From: Deltaproteobacteria bacterium
Lineage (GTDB): Bacteria; Myxococcota; Kuafuiibacteriia; Kuafuiibacteriales; Kuafuiibacteriaceae
Assembly (NCBI GenBank): GCA_040218735.1
Contig: JAVJQW010000043.1
Coordinates: 224,001 to 288,000, forward strand
Reading direction: 5' to 3'
DNA: 64,000 nt
Position numbers and translations under genes: made by a program. Under the pieces are notes generated by a model that saw nothing but the letters and a program-made list of their open reading frames with translations, was not told the DNA's origin and searched no databases. Numbering within the stretch: the stretch's first letter is position 1; each line of letters starts with the position of its first letter. Below, one piece after another: positions 57,148-64,000 of the stretch.

Positions 57148-58503
57148 ATGGCCGGCGGTGTTCTGATCGTGGGCGCCCCTTCCCAGCACACCACGCTGAC
57201 CGCGTTGCTCGAGGCCGACGGTCACCACGTCGACGTCGCGGCGGACGCGGCGGCGGGGACACGTCTGTTGCAAGACGGGTCGTGCGACGTGCTGCTCGTC
57301 GATCTCGATCTCGAGGATGAGGGCGCGCTCGCGATCCTCTCGACGGCGCGCCGTCGTGTTCCTCACCCGACCACGTATGTCCTCGCGACCGAGGGCGCGA
57401 TCGAGCGCGCGGTCTCCGCGATCGACGAAGGTGCCGACGGCTACCTCTCGACGCCGATTCACCCCGGGGAGCTGCGCGCGGTGGTGCGTCGCGGTGTCGA
57501 ACGGGCTCGACTCGCGCGTGAAGCGGCTCGCCTGCGGGAGCAGATCAGCAGCCCCGCGCGGTTCGAGCGGCTCCTCGGTGACCACCCCGCGATGCAGGCG
57601 ATCTTTCGGACCGTTGCGCAGGTCGCGCGCACGCGGGCCACGATCCTGATCCGGGGCGAGACCGGCACTGGCAAGGAGCTGATCGCCTCCGCGATTCACT
57701 ACCGCTCGCCGCGGAAGGACGGCCCGTACGTTCGCCTCAACTGTGCGGCGCTCGCGGAGACGTTGCTGGAGTCCGAGCTCTTCGGGCACGAGAAGGGCGC
57801 CTTTACCGGCGCGGCGACGCGACGGCTGGGTCGGTTCGAGCAGGCGAACGGCGGGACGTTGTTGCTCGACGAGGTCTCGGAGATGCCGCTGTCGACGCAA
57901 GTGAAGTTGCTGCGGGTGCTGCAGGAGCGAGAGCTCGAGCGGGTCGGCGGCAACGACACGATCCCCGTCGACGTGCGCATCGTCGCGGCGACCAACAAGG
58001 ATCTCGCGAAGCGCGTCGAGGAGGGGCTGTTCCGGGAGGACCTGCTCTACCGCCTTCAGATCGTGGAGATTGAAGTGCCGCCGCTCCGCGCGCGTCCGAG
58101 TGACATCCCAGCGCTCGCGCAACACTTCCTGCAGAAGTTCGCGACGGAGAACGACCTCCCGGTGGAGGGCTTCGAGGACGACGCGATGCAGGCGCTCGTC
58201 GCCTACCCGTGGCCCGGCAACGTGCGTGAGCTGGAGAACGCCATCGAGCGCGCAGTCGTGATCTGCGACGGGCCACGCGTGCGCCTCGAACACCTCCCCG
58301 CGGCGAAGCACGCTTCGAAGGCGCCGAGCGTGGGGATGTTCGTGCCCGGGACGACGCTCGCCGAGCTGGAGCGCATCGCGATCCTGAAGACACTCGAGTC
58401 GGTCGGCGGATCGACGAAGCGGGCGGCGGAGCTCCTCGGAATCAGTCGCCGCACGATCCAGTACCGCCTCAAGGAGTGGGGACTGGGCGACGTCGACGGC
58501 TGA
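57148..58503 (+). CDS. NtrC-family sigma54 activator with atypical receiver
   Basis: GETGTGKE, ESELFGHEKGAFTGA, WPGNVRELEN, Fis HTH. Confidence 0.93.
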   Translation: MAGGVLIVGAPSQHTTLTALLEADGHHVDVAADAAAGTRLLQDGSCDVLLVDLDLEDEGALAILSTARRRVPHPTTYVLATEGAIERAVSAIDEGADGYLSTPIHPGELRAVVRRGVERARLAREAARLREQISSPARFERLLGDHPAMQAIFRTVAQVARTRATILIRGETGTGKELIASAIHYRSPRKDGPYVRLNCAALAETLLESELFGHEKGAFTGAATRRLGRFEQANGGTLLLDEVSEMPLSTQVKLLRVLQERELERVGGNDTIPVDVRIVAATNKDLAKRVEEGLFREDLLYRLQIVEIEVPPLRARPSDIPALAQHFLQKFATENDLPVEGFEDDAMQALVAYPWPGNVRELENAIERAVVICDGPRVRLEHLPAAKHASKAPSVGMFVPGTTLAELERIAILKTLESVGGSTKRAAELLGISRRTIQYRLKEWGLGDVDG

Positions 58504-58506
58504 GGA

Positions 58507-59823
58507 TCACAGCAGCTCGTGCTCGTGGAGTTTGTTGTAGAGCGTTCGCCGGCTGACCCCGAGGATGCGCGCCGCGCGCGAGCGGTTGTTCTTCGCGCGT
58601 TCGAGCGCCTGGACGAGCGCGTCGCGCTCTGCGGCGCGGCGGCGATCGTCGAGGCGAGCGGAGGCGTCGTCCCCGGCGAACGAGGCGGCGGACGATAGGC
58701 CGCGCTCGACCTCTTCGAGGCTGATCGTCGCGCCGTCCGCGAGGACGACGAGGCGCTCCATGAAGTTCTCGAGCTCGCGGATGTTCCCCGGCCAGGCGTG
58801 GCCGACGAGGCGGTCGAGCGCGTCGCGGGCCACGCTCATGTCGGGGCGGCCGTTCTCCTCGGCGTGGGCCGCGCAGAAGCGGTGGGCGAGGCGCGCGATG
58901 GTGTCGGGGTCGTAGGAACGCAGCGGCGGCATCTCGACCTGGACGACGTTGAGGCGGAAGTAGAGGTCCCGCCGGAACTTTCCTTCCTCGACGAGCTCTT
59001 CGAGGTCGCGGTGGGTAGCGGCGATGACGCGGATGTCCGCTTCGCGGGAGGTCGTGCCGCCGAGCCTCTCGTAGGTTCGCTCCTGAAGGAGCCGGAGCAA
59101 CTTGGCTTGCACACCGGGGGAGATGTCTCCGATCTCGTCGAGGAACAGCGTGCCGCCGTCCGCGATCTCCACGCGCCCGGGTTTGGTCTTCGTCGCTCCG
59201 GTGAAGGCACCTTCGTCGTAGCCGAACAGCTCACTCTCCAGCAGGTGCTCGGGGAGCGCGCCGCATTGCACGGTGACGAACGGCTCGTCCTTGCGCGGGC
59301 TCGCGTCGTGGACCATGCGCGCCGCGCGGCTCTTGCCGGTGCCGGTCTCGCCCGTGAGCAGGACGGTGGTGCGCGCGGGCGCGACCTTCGCGAGCGTGGC
59401 GTCGAGGGTGTCGACGGCGGAGCCCCCGCGCGAAACGGGGAGCGCGGCGCGGTGCCGTGACGTGGCGATCGCTTTGCCGATGGTGAACAGGATCTCCTCG
59501 CGGTCGAATGGCTTCAGCACGAAGTCGTACGCACCCACACGCATCGCCTCCACCGCGAGCGGGATCGTGCCGTGCGCAGTGAGCATCACGACGGGGAGCT
59601 CGGGCCAACGCTCGCGGATTTGGCCGAGCAACGTGAGGCCGTCCATCTTCGGCATCCGCTGGTCCGTCACGACGACGTCGTAGGGCCGCGCTTCGAGGGC
59701 TTCGAGCGCGGCGGCCCCCGAGTCGACCGCGTTGGATTCGTGACCGCCTTGCGCGAGCAGCGCGCCCAACACCTGACCGACGCCGGGGTCGTCGTCGACC
59801 AGCAGGACTCGTCCGGTTTTCAC
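58507..59823 (-). CDS. NtrC-family sigma54 response regulator
   Basis: LVDDD, TDQRMP, LKPF, GETGTGKS, GAFTGA, HTH; GTG overlaps the HK stop. Confidence 0.95.
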   Translation of the reverse strand: MKTGRVLLVDDDPGVGQVLGALLAQGGHESNAVDSGAAALEALEARPYDVVVTDQRMPKMDGLTLLGQIRERWPELPVVMLTAHGTIPLAVEAMRVGAYDFVLKPFDREEILFTIGKAIATSRHRAALPVSRGGSAVDTLDATLAKVAPARTTVLLTGETGTGKSRAARMVHDASPRKDEPFVTVQCGALPEHLLESELFGYDEGAFTGATKTKPGRVEIADGGTLFLDEIGDISPGVQAKLLRLLQERTYERLGGTTSREADIRVIAATHRDLEELVEEGKFRRDLYFRLNVVQVEMPPLRSYDPDTIARLAHRFCAAHAEENGRPDMSVARDALDRLVGHAWPGNIRELENFMERLVVLADGATISLEEVERGLSSAASFAGDDASARLDDRRRAAERDALVQALERAKNNRSRAARILGVSRRTLYNKLHEHELL

Positions 59824-61280
59824 TTCGTCGGCAGCCACAACGTCACCTTCGTGCCCACGCCCTCCGCGCTCTCGATCTCCGCGCGCCCGCCGTGGGCCTC
59901 CGCAACTCTTCGCACGAGCGCGAGGCCGAGGCCACTCCCGGTCGCCTTCGTGGTGAAGAAGTCGTCGAGCGCGCGGTCGGCGGTGCGCGGGCTCATTCCG
60001 GGACCGTCGTCCTCCACGGCGACCTTCACGTCCGAGCCTTCCTGATCCACGACAACGCGGATGGCGATGTTCTCCTCCGTGGACTCGATCGCGTTGCGGA
60101 TCAGGTTTTCGACGGCGGGTACGAGGAGGTCGGGGTCGAGCGACGCCGTCACGGCTTCGATGCGCGCGTCGAGCTCGACGGTCGCGTTCTTGCGCGCCTG
60201 AACGCCCATGCCGTCGCAGGTGTCGCGGACCAGCGCGACGACGTCGATCTTCTGGCGCGCGATCTCGACGCGACCGAGTCGTTCGTAGTCGGCCAGGGAG
60301 CGCTCCATCTGGTCGAGCTGTGTCTCGACGAGCGTGAGGAACGTGTCGTGGGCGTCGATCGAGCGGCCCTCGGCGCGCTCCTGCGCGAGGAACTGCACGG
60401 CGCCCTTCGCCACGGCGATCGGGTTCCTCAAGTCGTGCGCCATCTGGTGCGCGAAGCGGCCGAGCGTCGTGTGGTACGCGACGCGGTTGGACTCCTCCGA
60501 GCGATCGATCGCGGCGGCGCGCGCGTAGCGGATCGCGACGAACGTGATCACACTCGTCGCGACGGCGAGCATGCCGAGGTCCGATCCGAACGAGCCGAAC
60601 AACAACGCGTACGCGCCGAACGATCCGAACGCGAGCCCCGCACCGACCACGCCTTCCAGGAGATCGATGTTGGTGTCGAGGAGCCGAAATCGCCACGTCG
60701 CGACGCCGAGCAAGACGACGCCGACGAACGTGCCGACGTTCGACAGGCGCGGCACGGGGATGTCGAGGATGCGCCCGAGATCCGACACGCCGAACACCAC
60801 CCCGAACACGATCGCCATGAGCACGAGGCGTGTCCGCGCGCGTTCGATCGAGCTGGTGCTCCGCGACAGGTGAACGGTCAGTCGCCACACCGCGACGATG
60901 AAGGTGGGCGTGACGCCCGCGAGCACCGCGAGCGCCCAGGTGTTGCCGCGGAACGGCGGGTACACGGTGCCGAACACCGCGATGCCGAAGAAGTAGGCGT
61001 AGGCGATCCAGATCCATCGCCGACTCCGGGCGAGGAACAGCGCGAGGAAGTGCAGGACGAACGGCATCGTGAGCGCCGCCGCGAACTCGTCGATGCGCTG
61101 CCAGATGGGGAGCGAAGAGAGGTCCGCTGCGACGTCGGCGGCGTTCCAGGTGAAGAGCGTCAGGCTGAGGAGCCCGAGGACTCGGCCGATCGGTCGCGAG
61201 GCGGAGCTCTGGAACGCGATGGCGGCGAGGGCGATGTGCCCCGCGCAGGTGAAGAGCGACACCAGGTGGTAGGTGTCCAC
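59820..61280 (-). CDS. Multi-TM (7TM-like) sensor histidine kinase
   Basis: Hydrophobic N-terminal half, AHDLRNP, NLIRNA, DDGPG, FFTTK, GSGLGL. Confidence 0.95.
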   Translation of the reverse strand: MDTYHLVSLFTCAGHIALAAIAFQSSASRPIGRVLGLLSLTLFTWNAADVAADLSSLPIWQRIDEFAAALTMPFVLHFLALFLARSRRWIWIAYAYFFGIAVFGTVYPPFRGNTWALAVLAGVTPTFIVAVWRLTVHLSRSTSSIERARTRLVLMAIVFGVVFGVSDLGRILDIPVPRLSNVGTFVGVVLLGVATWRFRLLDTNIDLLEGVVGAGLAFGSFGAYALLFGSFGSDLGMLAVATSVITFVAIRYARAAAIDRSEESNRVAYHTTLGRFAHQMAHDLRNPIAVAKGAVQFLAQERAEGRSIDAHDTFLTLVETQLDQMERSLADYERLGRVEIARQKIDVVALVRDTCDGMGVQARKNATVELDARIEAVTASLDPDLLVPAVENLIRNAIESTEENIAIRVVVDQEGSDVKVAVEDDGPGMSPRTADRALDDFFTTKATGSGLGLALVRRVAEAHGGRAEIESAEGVGTKVTLWLPTK

Positions 61281-61313
61281 GCGCCCGAGTATCGCCGCGC
61301 GGCGCGTGGACCG

Positions 61314-62672
<1,359 letters not shown>

Positions 62673-62745
62673 GGACGTAGGTCTCCCTCACGGGCCCTCG
62701 TGAGCCCGTCGATCAAGGTCGGCCGGGGCCGACGGTGGTGGTGGT

Positions 62746-63441
62746 TCAGCGCGCTTCGGGCTCGAAGAGTCCTTCGGCGCGCGGAGTGAACGTGAAGGCG
62801 TCGCTCGTGAATGCTTCGGCGACACCGACGCCGCTCGCGCAGTGTTCGAGCACACGCGGGAGCTGCATGAAGGCGGCGTTGACGGTCGCGCCGAGGATGT
62901 CTGGCGTCGCGTAGTCGGGGTGCCCGATCGATCCGAGGTAGACGTCACCCGCGGTCAGCGCGATCGCGAAGCGCGGCTCGGCGACGAGCTGCTGCGCGCG
63001 CATCGCCGCTGCGACGGCGCGCCCCTTCATGTCGGCGCCGGTGAAGAAGCCGAGGAACCCGTCGCCGACGTACTTCACGGGCACGCCGTCGAACTGAAGG
63101 AGCGCCTCGGTCACGGTGAGGAACATCCCGTTCGTCCACGCCGCGACGGCAGCCGGGCTCATGTCCTCGACGCGCGCGGCGAAGTCGCCGATGCCCGTCA
63201 CGAACACCACGGCCTCGAACGTCTCACGCTCCGCGACGGCGCCGCCGAGCAGCCATTCGACGCCGACGTCCAACATCCGCGCGAGGTTCACCAGCACGCT
63301 GATGTCCGGCGCGTTCTCCCCGCGCTCCCACTTCGACACCGCCTGCGGGCTCACACGCAGCGCGGCGGCGAGGTCCGACTGCTTGAGCCCGCGCCCTTCG
63401 CGGCGGCTCCGAATGCGTTTGCCCAGGGCATCGAGGTCCAT
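62746..63441 (-). CDS. XRE-family HTH fused to degenerate class III nucleotide cyclase domain
   Basis: LKQSDLA...VSPQAVSKWERG..PD (XRE); KYVGDG, G.IG, DILGATVNAA (cyclase fold). Confidence 0.9.
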   Translation of the reverse strand: MDLDALGKRIRSRREGRGLKQSDLAAALRVSPQAVSKWERGENAPDISVLVNLARMLDVGVEWLLGGAVAERETFEAVVFVTGIGDFAARVEDMSPAAVAAWTNGMFLTVTEALLQFDGVPVKYVGDGFLGFFTGADMKGRAVAAAMRAQQLVAEPRFAIALTAGDVYLGSIGHPDYATPDILGATVNAAFMQLPRVLEHCASGVGVAEAFTSDAFTFTPRAEGLFEPEAR

Positions 63442-63448
63442 GCACCGC

Positions 63449-63454
63449 ACGTTA
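63449..63454 (-). promoter_or_regulatory. -10 box (TAACGT) of probable leaderless transcript of the regulator
   Basis: 7 nt before ATG 63441, no SD. Confidence 0.5.
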
Positions 63455-63545
63455 GCGGGGGGCGCCCGCGGGGACTACGACGCGGTGGTTGGATCTGGTG
63501 GCGGGGTGGTTGAGCGACGCATTTTAAATCGTGCTCGGCCTCCGT

Positions 63546-64000
63546 CTAGAAGAGCGGCCAGCGGAGCTGGTCGTGGTGACGTCGTGCGTAGAAGCCTTGG
63601 CCCCAGATGTTGTCGACACGGGTCGCGGGCGTGGTACCGATCGGGCTGATGCGGCGCGCGGTGTAGGGCGGCGCAGCGTCGATCCGGATGCTCCACGTCT
63701 CCTTGGTCATGACCCGAGGCCCAGCGGCGAGCACGAGGTCGTTCGACGGCGTCCAAAAGTACTGCCAGAAGTAGAACCAGCCGGTCGGGCTCGACGCGGC
63801 CGGCCAGTCCGACGTCGCGAAGCTCCAAGTTCCGAGGGGCTGCTGGAGGTCGACCATGTGAATGGTCGGTCGGCCCCAGAAGCCGATCACGGCGAGGTAA
63901 CGGCTGTCCCAAGAGAACTGCGCGCCATCCGTCACCTCGTTCACGGCGCTCGACAGCGGGTGGACGCGGTGCAGGTGGAAGGGGGGGCCGTCCCCGAGGT
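63546..64000 (-). CDS. Hypothetical protein, 3' part (beta-propeller-like), starts beyond the window
   Basis: Frame open to window end; AQFSWDSRYLAV and FWTPSNDLV motifs. Confidence 0.6.
   Translation of the reverse strand, partial: LGDGPPFHLHRVHPLSSAVNEVTDGAQFSWDSRYLAVIGFWGRPTIHMVDLQQPLGTWSFATSDWPAASSPTGWFYFWQYFWTPSNDLVLAAGPRVMTKETWSIRIDAAPPYTARRISPIGTTPATRVDNIWGQGFYARRHHDQLRWPLF

Noticed and set aside
62673-62745. Canonical SAH or SAM riboswitch before ahcY
   Set aside because: I could not find the GAGGAGCG/AGGCUC core or SAM-I motifs; only generic hairpins, reported separately.

Overview
High-GC (roughly 70% by eye) bacterial DNA with Myxococcota hallmarks: a MYXO-CTERM protein, three Hanks-type Ser/Thr kinases, three sigma54 enhancer-binding proteins (one with FHA), and PEGA/TPR/RCC1 and collagen-like exported proteins. 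About 50 real CDSs are present; most other ORFs in the track are antisense shadows. I found no rRNA, tRNA, CRISPR array or transposase. Main blocks: (1) an isoprenoid-type operon (cis-prenyltransferase, diiron ferritin-like protein, GNAT-like protein, divergent phytoene/squalene synthase); (2) kinase/sigma54 signalling modules; (3) a nucleotide transporter-HEAT gene with a tandem cNMP-binding partner; (4) a putative lipid export set (PhnD-like binding protein, MMPL/RND, LolA-like protein, outer-membrane barrel); (5) a YqiJ-like/flotillin/giant ATPase operon divergent from a HEAT protein with a 21-bp VNTR; (6) a PBP1A/TPR lipoprotein/Pal cluster with back-to-back sigma54 promoters; (7) ahcY preceded by an XRE-HTH fused to an apparently catalytically dead adenylate-cyclase domain. 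The last is my best candidate for an undescribed system: a possible SAH/adenosine-sensing regulator. Many genes look leaderless (TAnnnT 6-9 nt before the start codon). All family calls come from motif recognition by eye; no searches were run.
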